From NCBI GenBank assembly GCA_026023565.1, contig JAPETS010000010.1, positions 248,001 through 312,000 on the forward strand: a stretch of DNA of 64,000 bases. Reading direction: 5' to 3'. Position numbers and translations under genes: made by a program. Below the pieces are notes generated by a model. The model searched no databases, was not told the origin of the DNA, and was given only the letters and a program-made list of their open reading frames with translations. Origin of the DNA: Cirrosporium novae-zelandiae. Its lineage: Eukaryota. This document shows, one piece after another, positions 1 through 12,600 of the stretch. Positions within the stretch are counted from its first letter, which is position 1, and every line of letters begins with the position of its first letter.

Positions 1-2
1 CG

Positions 3-896
3 TTGTTGTTGGATCGACGTGGGGATGAAATTCAAATTACTGAAGCAGTGCTTAAGGCTGCAGTAGAAAATATTTATAATCCCGAAGCTATATCATTGCT
101 ATTAGATCGACGTGGAGATGAAATTTCAATTACGGAAGCAGTGGTTAAGGCTGCTGCAGAAAATATTCATGTCTACAATATTATGTTATTGCTGTTGGGT
201 CGATATGGGGATGAAATTCAAATTACTGAAGCAACGGTTGGGGCAGTAGCAGCAGGTGGCCACCATCAGGCTCTCGATCTACTAGAAAGTAGATGTCAAG
301 TGGATCTTTCAAAAACGGAATGGCGATCTGTTGCTAAATTATACAACGCAGCAAGAGATGGGGATGAAGCAACAGTCCTAGAACTTCTAGCGCAACACTG
401 TCCTCCTTATTATAAGGATAGTAGAGGCCTTGGTCCTTTACATAAAGCAGCTAGTGGTGGTCATGACAAAGTTGTGCAGATGCTGCTGGAAACGGGTGAA
501 GTGGATGTGAATTCAAAAGATAATGATGGCTGGACTCCATTATTTTGGGCTGCCATGAAAGGCAAAGAAAATACGGCGAAACTACTACTGGATCGTGGAG
601 CTGATAAGGAGCATAAAGATAATTATGACTGGACTCCATTATTCGCTGCTGTCATGTATAGCGAAGAAAGTACGATGAAATTACTACTGGATCGTGGGGC
701 TGATAAGGAAGTTAAAAATGATAAAGGCAAGACACCCCTATCTATAGCAGAAAAACACAGATACACTAGCATAGTGAAGCTCTTGAAAGAGCACAGAGGA
801 GCAGAGCGACATGATAGTCCAGAGGAGGAGAGCCCAAGCACAGAGACCGAGGGCTCTACCAAGGAATCCCCCCCTTTCTTGAGCCATCTCATCTAG
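3..896 (+). CDS. Ankyrin-repeat protein, 3' part only (truncated by window edge); probable C-terminal repeat region of a fungal NLR-like protein
   Basis: Three ~31-32 aa repeats (LLDRRGDEIQITEAVLKAA) followed by canonical ankyrin repeats (GPLHKAASGGH, GWTPLFWAA, DWTPLFAAV, GKTPLSIAE); stop TAG ends at 896. Confidence 0.85.
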   Translation: MLLDRRGDEIQITEAVLKAAVENIYNPEAISLLLDRRGDEISITEAVVKAAAENIHVYNIMLLLLGRYGDEIQITEATVGAVAAGGHHQALDLLESRCQVDLSKTEWRSVAKLYNAARDGDEATVLELLAQHCPPYYKDSRGLGPLHKAASGGHDKVVQMLLETGEVDVNSKDNDGWTPLFWAAMKGKENTAKLLLDRGADKEHKDNYDWTPLFAAVMYSEESTMKLLLDRGADKEVKNDKGKTPLSIAEKHRYTSIVKLLKEHRGAERHDSPEEESPSTETEGSTKESPPFLSHLI

Positions 897-1882
897 AAGG
901 ACGTCCCATATAAAATGGATGACCTTACCTTATTGAAGGAGAATGGTATGGACCATGGAGTTCTAGGCTTCAACTACCTTTTGGTCTTTTGTTTTTATTG
1001 CTTCTAATGTTATTAGTTAGTTAATTTTATGGATCTGCCTATCTATCTTCGCCATCTGATTATATTTATTCTTGATTAACTGAGCTGATATGGACTATGG
1101 TTCTAAATTTCATAACCAATGCAACAAACAACGATACCCTTTTTCTCTTACAACTAACATGACATCCCCCATATCTATACCCTTACTAACCCCATCCCAT
1201 GATCACGATCATGAACCAACGCACCAGGGCTAGATATCCCCCAAGACAGGAAGAGAAGAAAAGAGAACACAGAAAAGGAGTCAAAAACATCCGACAGAAT
1301 CGCCATTTTTCAGGCAGAATGAACTTACTTACAGCTCTAGCATCTTGCATGATAGTGAACATATGTGTATATGTTTGTCGATGCCATCAAACGACCTAAC
1401 TCACCTCCTCAGTTATTAGTACCATCATCGTCATAGGATTAGATACTTGAAACGGAATTTTTAGGAATTATATGGCCTTAGGGATGGGGTGGGGTGGGGC
1501 GGAGCTAGGTGGAGCGGAGAAGAGGCAGGGCGGGATGGGGAGGGGTAGGGGATAGGGGATAGGGGATGGATGGGATTGTGGGATTGAGAAGTTTTAGTAT
1601 GTGTGTATGCCTTAGAGAAGGGGAAGCGAGGTATAGGGGATGAATGGGAGTGGGGAGTATGCCCTAAAGGAAGGGATAGGGGATGGATGATATTGGATAA
1701 CATATTCCAGAAAGTGAGCACCAAAACCAAAACCATAAAATCATATTCCAACAACCCAAAAAGCTCCCCCTCCCCTCCCCTCCCTTATAGCAAAGAAAAA
1801 AAAAGTCCAAAAAAAAAACCAAAAAAAAAGATCATCTTTCAAATTTTGTATAGTAGAGGTGGAGGGAGGTGTAGGGATTTGG

Positions 1883-2024
1883 CAGTGTTATCAATATAGA
1901 CCAGACCGACCAGACCGGTCGACCCCCTTAGTCTGGTCGGTCTATCAAAATCCGAGGCCCGGTCTAGTCTATAGGCAGACCAGGGGGGGTCCGGTCTGGT
2001 CAGTTCAGCCTATTGAAAACACTG
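1883..2024. mobile_element. hAT-type MITE (non-autonomous DNA transposon), copy 1, 142 bp
   Basis: TIRs CAGTGTTATCAATA / TATTGAAAACACTG (13/14 match); perfect 8-bp TSD GGATTTGG at 1875-1882 and 2025-2032; internal CAGACC/GGTCTG subterminal repeats. Confidence 0.9.
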
Positions 2025-2246
2025 GGATTTGGGATTAAGGGAAGAGTATCTATGATAAAGACGGGACATGGCTTTTGGGGATGAAAATTCAAACAGTCTT
2101 TGTGCATGCTCAGATCGAAATTTGTTTTTTTAAAAAATTAACTAATGGCTAGTAGTAGTAGTAGTAGTTATTTTGCTTAGCAAATACCTACCTACCTACC
2201 TACCTACCTACACAGAGCGCCAAACTTCTTCTTCTTCTTCTTCTTT

Positions 2247-3543
2247 CTACAACACCTTCACAGCATCATACAACGTCTGATTAATCGGCAAAACAGACCC
2301 ATGCCTCAACCCCGACGGAAAACTTGACGTCGAACTCGCCGTCCACGTCCCATCTTCCACATCCGTAGACTCATAAGGCGCATACCCACTGCCCCCAAAG
2401 AAATCCAACAACAACCTCGCCTTCCCATCAACCTCATTATCCCAATAAGCCGCAGGACCCTCCACATTCTTCTGAATAATAGCACTTGATCCTCCGGGCC
2501 GGGTCCAGGTGCCAAAGAGACCGTCTGTGCTGATTTCGGTGAAGACGTTGGTGGCGGTTTCGTTTTTTAGGAAGCGGGCGTAGGAGGAGGAACCTAAGGA
2601 CAGGATTGTTAGGTCGATTACGGAGGCGGGACTGTAGTCGATGTAGGTTTGGGGGTCGGTAAAGGTTTTGAAGTCCGAGGTGTAGGCGTAGCGGATCTTG
2701 TCTGCGGAGGCGGTGCCGGTGTGGGAGGTGTCGCTGGAGGAATACTGTGGTGTGTGTGGTTAATTTTTAAGGATCTTATCAAGTGTTCTTGCTGATGCCG
2801 ACAAGATAGGGCTTTAATGCTGCGAATGATACAATGTCTCTTTGGTAGCAAAATAAAGGCACACTCACAAATTTAGAAGCCCAGTGCACGAGGTATTTGC
2901 CTATTTTTTTTTACAATTGGTTAGTATTGGTTCAAGAGGTGTGCTTCCACTAGGATACAAAGATATTTCCTTACCTTCGTCTTCATCCCAGAGGGCCTCT
3001 GGAGCCCATACCATCCCAGCCGTATCATCCTCAACCGTAACCAATCTCTCATTGGTCCAGTCAACCAAGTTCGTACTCTCCCAAACATAAATCCCAAGCG
3101 AACCCGTCCGCTGTGCGGCACTCCAGGTAGTCTAAAGCCTTTAATTTAGCCCTCACTAATCACTTAACCCTCACTAACCCCCCCCCCCCCTCAAGGTAAC
3201 AAACTTTCGAAATATCCAGATCAGTTCCAACGATATACCATTTCTTCCCCTCCTCGCTCCCGCCTCCAGTTACAATTGCGGGGTCTCTTACCCCTCCCGT
3301 TCCTACAGTCGGAACGATGAGCGGGTCTCCGTCATTCAGTGCTGTAAAGGCGAGCGGGTCGCTATTGCTACTGAGGTAGAAATATACGTCCGGCTCGTCG
3401 CCAAGGAAAAAGGCGCCTAGGTAGCCGACGAGGGAGGAGTCGGCACGCTTGTGGGCATGGCTGCTGAAGTCCACAGCTGGGTGCGCAGCGGCTGATGCGC
3501 AGAGAGAGAAGATGCCGAGAAAGAAAGCTTGGAGTGTCTTCAT
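2247..3543 (-). CDS. Secreted glycoside hydrolase family 43 protein (arabinosidase-like), multi-exon
   Basis: Signal peptide MKTLQAFFLGIFSLCASAAA; motifs YLGAFFLGDEPDVYFYLS, GGVRDPAI, WYIVGTDL, WAPEALW, EGPAAYWDN, LRHGSVLPINQTLYDA; ATG at 3543, TAG at 2247. Confidence 0.85.
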
Positions 3544-4554
3544 GGTTGCAAGGGGAAAGGTAATATTAACGAGAAATAAGAATGCTCTGCCGGCTTCAGA
3601 AGGACAGTATGAAACGGCTCTCACATTTGTATATAAGCCCTCAGAACGAAACAACTAGCTTGAATGAGCATCTCAATCGCACATCAACCACCTAGAATGT
3701 GACGTCTGATTGTCACTCTCATGATAAAAATTATCCCTCTCCGCGATCCTAAACCCCGCAATCCCCCATACCCTGTGTTCTTTCTTCAGACATTAGAAAT
3801 TAGACGTGTTGCTAATTTTTCCGCAGTCGCTAGCCCTGCTACTCATTCCGGTCATTGCGAGCCGTATAAAGTTATATTGCCGTTTCAAGATGGAGGTTCG
3901 GGTAAAATGAGAAAGGCCGGGGATCCGGTGTATGCCAAGCAGTTGTTGTACTGTACCGCAGATTATCCGCCTATCAGCTATTGGAACCTTGCAACCAATC
4001 TTGTTGTATCAACTTAATTCGTGATATCACCTCCTCAATTGAGAAGTCTACTCGAAGTAGAGGACAGCTTCATCGATCGATCACCTAGACGGGGAACATA
4101 CTCTTTATAGCGGATTTGATGGTCGCCATAATCACCGTTTAGGTCCGGGTTCCACTTCTCCTGAACCTCGTCCAAACACTTGGTAGTTATAGAGCCAAGA
4201 TGCTAGTCCTTGATGGGCGAGGTTAACCCCGAACGGGTAAGGCTTAACCGAAATAGGCATGACACCTGCAACAAGTTGCCTAAACTAGAGTTTCACAGTA
4301 TATAAACACTCAAGTCCACCACCTGCTCTCGTATCTGTTCATGACTGCTTTTTTTCTTCTTCTTTTCTTTGGATAGGAGACCGTGCTCTGCCGCACCATT
4401 TGGTCCCGATTAATGTAAACGGTAGGAGGTTGCGCGGGAGGCTAAGCGAGGAAATAGTAACGGGAACAAAGCCAGAAATCCCCAGAGCAAAAGTGGAAAC
4501 AGAAACAGAAACAGAAGCATCAGTTCATGATAAGATAAATCAGTATTTGGTCCT

Positions 4555-5428
4555 TCAAAGGGCCTCTTCCTTAATATGGTTCTCGATGTTCTAGTAGGAA
4601 ACACCCTGATGGATTCCATGGATCGCAACCTCGAACCCAGGAGTGATGGATCTCGAATGATCGTGAACAAAACCTCGATGTTGGAGCAGGTGATGATGGC
4701 TGTCGTATCCCATTTCAGTGTGTGGGAGTTGGACGCATCGACTTTAATTTGACTCTCGCCAACAAAGAGTATCGTGACCTTTCCGCTAGCTCCTATGGTG
4801 ATAGTGAACCCAGATGCGGAGTCGAAGGCACTGGAAAAAAATTTGGCCCAAGAGAAAGTGAGCTCGACCGTCCGATTGGTATTGGCATTGTCTCTATGTC
4901 GATGACCTTGGGGGGACAGAAAAATAATACTCCCCTAGTTCGTGTGGTGTTCGATTCTATGGACCTTCATGACCTCGAAGAGGAATATGAAGTATTGGTC
5001 ATCATAGACGTTGCCATTTCCCGAGTGATTGTGCAGCGTAGGGTCCTAGTGAGTACAGGAGAAAAGCACGGTATCAGAGGCGTAATTTTGAAGACGGAGA
5101 TGGTTGGCATGCTTGCCGGTGCTGGCTTCGATCTTGAACCAGTTGTCGTCATACATTCCGTCTCTGCCGATGTGGCCGACTTGGAGATCGGGTGAGTTCC
5201 CTGAGAATATCGCATTTTCCCGGTATATTTGCTTTTGACCCGAAAATACTCTGCATACTTCTCTGTTCCCGGGACAGGCTGCCACCATTGATCATCATAC
5301 GTAACTCCCCTACCGTAGTGACCAAATATAAGATCAGAGCTTTAGCGAGAGACGAGAACATGATCCCTACCATATCCAAGAAGATAGGATATTTCCTTGA
5401 AGAAGGATACTGTATACAAGTTCAGCAT
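4555..5428 (-). pseudogene. Pseudogene of an LSL-type haemolytic pore-forming lectin (beta-trefoil lectin plus aerolysin-like domain)
   Basis: Manual cross-frame translation: LLGYGRDHVLVSR*..YDDQWWQPVPGTEKYAEYFRVKSKYTGK / frameshift / VGHIGRDGMYDDNWFKIE..VLFSCTH*DP..YDDQYFIFLFEVMKVHRIE..GFTITIG..GFEVAIHGIHQGVSY*NIENHI. This is colinear with Laetiporus sulphureus lectin as I recall it; at least four in-frame stops plus frameshifts. Confidence 0.85.
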
Positions 5429-6514
5429 CACAAAATGCCTACAAACAGCACACATAAAACTAGGAGAAGAACAAGGGATTATCGACAAACTAAATTGATA
5501 GGTCTTCAGCTGCAATAAATAAACTCTCAACGGGATTAGCTAATTACTTCAAATATCTAGAAAATTAAGCTTAAAGGGCTAGCTCTCTCTTTCTCTCTCT
5601 CTTGTCGTAGTGTCAGAGAACGGCAGGTGGTGCGTGAAGGAGGTAGTAATACTATCGAGTTGAGTTCCATCAATTCAACTCAAGTTACTACTGTACAGTA
5701 TGCAAAAACACCACGTTGACGTCTACAGTACTATAGCTTGAAGAACGTTTTCCCCAGCTGCACCCATTATCCAACCTCACACCCCACCTATCTATTCCCA
5801 ACTTACCTTTCTCCTTTCTCCTATCTTTCTTTCCAACAATAACCCACTAAAAATCATAGGAGAACAACATCAAGCACAACGTTAGGAATAATTAATTAAC
5901 CCAGACCAGGCCAGATCAGACCCAAACTAATTAGTCCAATGTACGTGTTACATGTACTGTAGTCAAAATAAACCTCATAATGATAAGGATGCTAAGGATG
6001 GTAGCACGAATCAGTAATACCTAGGTACTTAAAGATGCCCACGACTATATTGCTGCAGAACAATAATAATTAATAAATCAAAATTATCACAACAAATGGT
6101 TAACCATCTTTATTTAGGGTTTTTTAGACCAGTATGATATAATATAGTCTTGAAAATGACGTCAGGCCTACATTAGGCATTAGATATAATAATACGTCCA
6201 TCGTCGTGTTGCTATCATTGAATGAGTAGCTACGCCTTTGAGGGAGGAATTTTTATTTTTACAGTAATATATAAAATCAGGATCTTGGCAACGGGTTTAG
6301 TAGTAGTGGTAATGATGGTAATGATAGTGGTGGTCATGACTTCCACCAGCCAGCCCTCCAAGCCCTCACTCATAAACCTCACCAGCAGCCTTTCTACATT
6401 CAACATTTTACATTCTAGCTAGGCATCGTACATGTACATGCACTATCCAAACCGGATATATTTAGTACATACATACATACATACAACAATCACTAAATAA
6501 ACAAACCCTTCAAT

Positions 6515-6614
6515 CAGTGTTAGCAATAGACCAGACCGACCAGACCGACCCCCTTGGTCTGGTCGGTCCAAGGTCTATAGACCGTCTATTTGGTCCAGTC
6601 TATTGCCAACACTG
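6515..6614. mobile_element. hAT-type MITE, copy 2, 100 bp (same family as 1883-2024)
   Basis: TIRs CAGTGTTAGCAATAGAC / GTCTATTGCCAACACTG (16/17 match); perfect 8-bp TSD CCTTCAAT at 6507-6514 and 6615-6622; shares ATAGACCAGACCGACCAGACCG and GTCTGGTCGGTC with copy 1. Confidence 0.9.
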
Positions 6615-9600
6615 CCTTCAATAGCCCACACCCAATATAAATTCCTTGCTCTAGGAGGGGGAAGTGGTATCCCTATTCCAGGCAAAAAAAACAAAACAAA
6701 AAAAAAAGGGGGCTAAATACCTAGGAAGATTTCTACCTCTTTGGGCTTTTACTGTAGTCCCATCAAAACCCAAAAACTCAGAATTAAGAAAGAAAATCCG
6801 GTGAGCGAGTGATGATGATGATAGATATCCTCCGTACATGTATGTACCCCTCATATTTTCGATACGAACAAAAAAACACAAAAAAAAAATCGTCTTTCTC
6901 TCTATTATGGATAGATAAAAGGTTTTGTATGTATGAGCTATAAGCTATGTTTAGACTAAATGGATAGATGTTAAATAGGTAGGTACAGTAGCTAAGGGTC
7001 TGGTCTACTCCTTTCCCTGGCTTTGTTGATTTAAATTTCCATGTTCTAGTCATGTCTAAGATCTGGTTTATTGTCAACACTGATGTATGTACATGTACTA
7101 GGATCATAAAAAAATTATCAATTACTTTCTTCTTCTTCTTCCTCATACCTACCCATCACTCTAAGCACTACTATTCCTCAACAGCAGACAAATAAGATGA
7201 ACCATTAATATATATATATATAATTTAATTAGTCCATAACCCATAGTCCATAACCTTTAAAGCCATACATACCCCCCACAATTAAACACAAAACACACAC
7301 CATCCCAGCCTCCCAGCTCGTGACAGCCCAGATAATACGGTTATCTATCTAGGCGGGCGGGGGTATCTCCTAAAAAATTCACCAAGTCCAAGAAGTATTT
7401 CCGATAACCCAGCCAATTAATTAATAAAAAAGGAGTTGGCGTAATGATAATTTGCCCATTTCTCTTGAAAAAAGTTTTGTGCGTCGACATTTTGAGATTT
7501 TGCCCGTTCACAAAGAAAAATGCAGCAGCAGCAGTAGGGGGAGAAAAAGAAATTGTTGAACCACAATATATCTATCCCTCTAGAATTTCAAGTATCTGAA
7601 ATTTTCTGTCCGAGAATTTTTTATCTTTTATGGCAAGGCAAGGACGTGGGTAGGTTGGTAGGTAGGTATTGCACCTATCTTCTCTTATCCTTATTCTCCC
7701 CCTCACCCCCCTCCACATCCTCCGATGTTTCGCAGGACCGAATCCTTTCTTGGAAGGAGGGTAGTAATATAAACTGCAAATACTTTCCTCTCTCCTCCTA
7801 GTCACCTACAGAGAAAAATATATAAACGACAACAAGAATACTTTTAATTTGCTCTTTCCTTTTTTTGGGTGAGAGTTGTATCTGTACATGTACCGCATTT
7901 CTCTCTACCACTGATCACGGTACTGTATCTGAACAACACACGGACATGTCTTAGTCTGTTCCGTTTAAAAATGCGTGTAGCTGAAACTTGAAAAGATGTG
8001 TCCACATAATTCCTGCGGGCTGGCTACAGAGAATCTCACACAACTAATTTCTCTGACTAATATTGCCACATTTTTTATATAAAGAGAGCAGGAAGATTTT
8101 GATATATGTTATTTACCTAGTTTCTTTTGGCTTTTCTTTCTTTCGAATCTAAATAAAGATATATTTTTTTAGTTTCTCCTTCCCTCCCTTGAATGGTTTA
8201 TTAAGAAATTAACGTACCTCTTAGTCTTTTTCAACGCGAGGGTGGCCCAATGGTAGGTATCTTCCACAAGATTACTAGTCCCCTCTCTTCTTCCCCTCGG
8301 ATGTTTAAATCAACTATCCCGTCTCAGAAAAAACAAAAACAAAAAAATGGCACAATTTCATTTGTCTTCTAGTTACTAGAAGCCTACATCCAGTAAGATA
8401 TGATCGAGTAGTCATTTCCATTGGATATTTCTTTTCTGTAGGTGACCCTTGAATTCGTTATCCCCGCCCGCTCTTTAGTAAGTATGGAAACAGTTCGAGT
8501 AGTAGCTGCCTAGACTGTTCAACGACTAAAAGCAATAATAGGGTGTGCCATCCTAGGAGGATAGAATGATGGCTATGTTTGTTGATCCTTTTAGGAGGGG
8601 GGGGGGAATTATTATCAACTTCGGGAGAGACCCCCTCTTGATACTTCCCTCCCCAATCACCTACCCCAAGAAGGGATTTGATTGTAGGCCATGATTAAAT
8701 AGTTATGTCCAATGACATTGGTAAATACCATATCAAATTGTTTTCACAAAGCTATTTTTCCAAAAAAAAGATATTTTCTTTGAGAAAATAAGTTCTTAGT
8801 AAACTAAAAAAAAAATTAAGAGACGTTCAAATAATTTCCGGGGGTGATATCCATGTATAGGTAGGAAGGATTCCTGTCAAAAAGTCTACGTGTAGTTCGA
8901 TAAATGGCCATGAAGATATTTTGCGTAATCTAGGTTTTGATAAAAATGGGAAAGGCTGGTCAGATTGTGGAGAACCTGTGGGAGAAGGCAACCACACACA
9001 GAAAACCACACGCACAACACCCCTAACATTCAAAGCATCAGAAAAAATATATACCCCTTTCCATATTTCCCCGCTTCATCAGTTTCTAGTTTTTACAGCA
9101 GCATCAGCCCGCATCAGCCTGCAGTAGAGACACACGGTTCAAACGCGAGATAAAGGTGACCAAGATCCAAAAATAAAGTAAAGAAAACAGGAGTGAGATA
9201 GATAGGGAAAAGAAGAGGAAAGTAAAGAAAAGAATATTTCACAACAAAAGCATGGATGATGTTGAACTGCGAGACAAATGTACGTCATAAGAGCGGCCCG
9301 CTAACGTGTATCCAAGAGAGCACTACAAAGCCAGGCAGGGCAGAGCAGGACAGTAGAAGGAAAGAAATTTCATATTGAGATACTTGAGATATATACTGTG
9401 AAGAGCGTACACAGTACAGTGCGCACCCACCTTTATTCCTCCCCACGAGGTAGCGGAAGCGCAGTCCCAAATTGCGTCACCGTCATCCATTCTCAATACC
9501 AATATTATATGCTATATAAAGATTAAATAAAATAAAATAAAATAAACAGGGATAAGAATAGTTACAAGCAGCGAGGCCGCAAAAGAAAATCTGGCCTAGC

Positions 9601-12600
9601 TCACGTCTAATAGACCCATATTGATCTTGAAGAGGAGGAACTGATTTGTTAAGAGCAATAGAGGGGGGGGGGGAAAGGGAGGAGGAGACGAAAAATCCCC
9701 CTTTTTCAGGATTGATTGATTGCGTTAGGTACTGTACGCCCTTACGCAGCTCTGACACCATTCAGCTCGTTGCACGCGCAATACTCTAGAGACTCCGCGT
9801 CCAGAGTCAAGCAAGTTTTCGAAGATTGTCGGGTGGGGTTAGTCGCCCTCGACGACGACTTTCGGGCGGGTGGTGTGGTGTGGTGTGTGTGTGTCGCAGG
9901 CCAAGAAGCGATGACGATAATGTGGGACAAAGTAAGGCAAATAACACACTTATTATTGTTAGTACATAAAAAAGAAACTTTAGATGATAAAGGAGTCAAG
10001 AGGAATACAGCAACAAAAAAAGACTAGTCATTATCAAGAAAAGGTTTCACCACGCGTGTGTGCCTTTTTCCTGTTAAGGTTTCTTATTCTTCTTTTCGAG
10101 AGAGGGAGGGGGAGAAAGGTGCATGTTCCTTTTGTAAGCTGCGCGCGCGTTGGACTTTTGGGGGGGGGGGGTTATTATCCTTAACTAAAACGCAAAGACT
10201 TAATATGTTGAGTATACACGAAGCTGCCTTGGGAGCTGGAGGTTCCTTTCGTTTTGAGTACAATGGAAACAAAAGGAGGGGATACGATAATTATAATTAT
10301 AATCAAAAGACAAAGCAACCAAATTATTTGCTTTGGCAGCCTCGCTGGTATCAGAACTCAGTTCCTAAGAGAGAAGCAGACAGAGAAGAGAGACCGGTGT
10401 ATTTACTCATATCCCAAAATAGATTGAGAGCCTGAGGGGTTGGTTAAAAGAGTAATTTTATATTCCTCAACCAACAAGCAAACAAATAAATAAAATTACG
10501 GATATCTTGTACTACCAGAAAATAATATAGAGCTTTTTCTCCACTCTGGTTCTGAAACTACTATCTGAAACAAAATAACCAATTATCCCACTCTCATACT
10601 CTTCAGGGAAGCAAAAGGGGAGGAAGGAGATGAACTAAGAAGAAGTAGTAGTAAGCCCTATCCAAAGAATAGAAGAGAATCGAAAGAGACAGTCAGTGGA
10701 AGAAAGGGAAGCAAGCAAGCAAGGATATGGTGTCGCCGTTCATAGTAAAAATTCTTGAATAATTGATAAATAATAATGATAAGCTCCTCCCAGTAATGAA
10801 AAAACCCGCTCGTAGAACTCATTTTGCTACTTCGTAGTCACTTAACAGAGTTGTTGATAGGTAGAATATTCCTTTTTCAGGTAGGGATCGTTCGTGCCAA
10901 AGAAGTTGATATTAACATTAATCAGATTAGGATTTGTCATCATCGCTTTTTGTGGCAGTGATGATTATTCGTCGCTGGATTACTGTACTGTACATACAAA
11001 ACTTTGTGTGTTGTAACGAATTTCCAAATATTTTCTCTCTCAAAAATAAAAAAAAGAGAGAACACACATACAGGTTATAAAATCTCGAAAATAAACGATT
11101 ATGCCTTTCAGAGGGAGACGATAGCAATAAGCATCAGCGGTAGCTGTTTTGTGCAGTAATTAAGCGTTTTTCGGCTTGCAGCAGTTTTTCGTCCACAGTT
11201 GCAGTAGAAATAATAGCTGCCTGCCTGCCTTTTCGCATTGCTTTATTAATTAATTAATTATAGAAGGTGGTTTACCTCCGGCACAACATTGAGCTATAAA
11301 TCCAGATACATACTGCGGAAAAGAAATAAATACTGGAGTGAATGTGGAGGTTGACCTGACTAGAGGAGGTGAGTGTGGAGGTGAGGGATATAGGGGCGAG
11401 ATCTATTGTAAGAGGGGGGGGATGCAGATATATAATATATATAGGGAGGGGTAATGGGTAACGATATACATCAAGCCATCTAGTAAACACCCATTAGCGT
11501 TTTCTTCGTTCTGGAAGAAGCAGGAAAAGCGAAGCAAAGATGCAAAAAAAAAAATATTTACCTAACTTTCAACGATTGTTATTTATTCTTAACAACAAGA
11601 AATAAATACATACCCCTTAGCTTTGGTAGAAAGTAGTGCGATGGTGTTAAGCAGTGGGGTTTTTCAGTGTAAAGTGTCTGATTTTTCTATCTCTGCTTTG
11701 CTATCTACTTATAGGTTCTGAACCCTTGTAGGTTCTACCCTTTCGGGTAGGCACACCCTAACAGATGGTGTAAAGATGGTCTATTTTGTAAGTAAAAAGA
11801 ACTACTTTTATCTAGCACCCAAGAGTCTGTACCCTCGGCATCACATGACTTCTAGCAAATGCAAGACCTCAGCTCTGTAACAAGCTTAGTATATATATAT
11901 CAAGATATCAAAAGAAGGGAAGGAAAGGATATGTTCTGGAAGGAGGCATTATAGTAAAGACAGCAAGCCTATATAAGCTTAATAACCATTGGCTAAAGTT
12001 ACACAACGTCTGTAAGCATCATTTGTTGTTTGAATCTTCCATGTACACGTATATGTACATCCACAGTAGTAGTAGGAATGAATATCAGAGACGGGGTAAA
12101 GTTGAAGGTCCAATTCTGCATTGTAGAACATTATCGACTAAGTAGTTCTAGTTCTAGTCAATAAAAGAATTTTTTTTATGTCCTATAATCATAGGTTAGG
12201 TTAGGACCCAAACCATGAGGCCACTAAAGTAATATATGGCAAGCCTAATACCCCATGGTGTATTTTGATTGTCGGTTATTTTGGTATGTATTATATATAG
12301 TAGTAGGTAGCCATTAGAGAAAGGAACGGCTAAGCCATATAAGCAAAAACATGCTCGCCCCCTTAGGGGTAGAATTCTTGACATTTATTAGGAATTAAAT
12401 ACAAGTAGCCTTCAGGCCCAAACAATTAGGGCCTGCGAAACCGGTGGCCACAGACAGACCCCCAATCAAACACAGTTCCCCAGGTTCGCAGGATATAAAA
12501 CCAGAGCTCAAGAAAAGAGTAATTATGAACGGAAGAAAGAAAAAGGCCTAGAAACTTAAAAAAAAAAGAAATTCCCCTATCAAGGAAAAAAATGAAAGAT

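Noticed and set aside
1199..1899. Short ORFs in low-complexity intergenic DNA, here and in similar regions throughout the window
   Set aside because: Products mirror homopolymers and microsatellites; no splice structure or family motifs.
8517..8530. GTTCAACGACTAAA resembles the R element of group I introns
   Set aside because: No matching S element or P/Q elements nearby, and no host gene.
12415..12493. Short inverted repeats CAGGCCC/GGGCCTG and CCTGCGAA/TTCGCAGG as a possible MITE
   Set aside because: Only 7-8 bp, no TSD and no second copy in the window.
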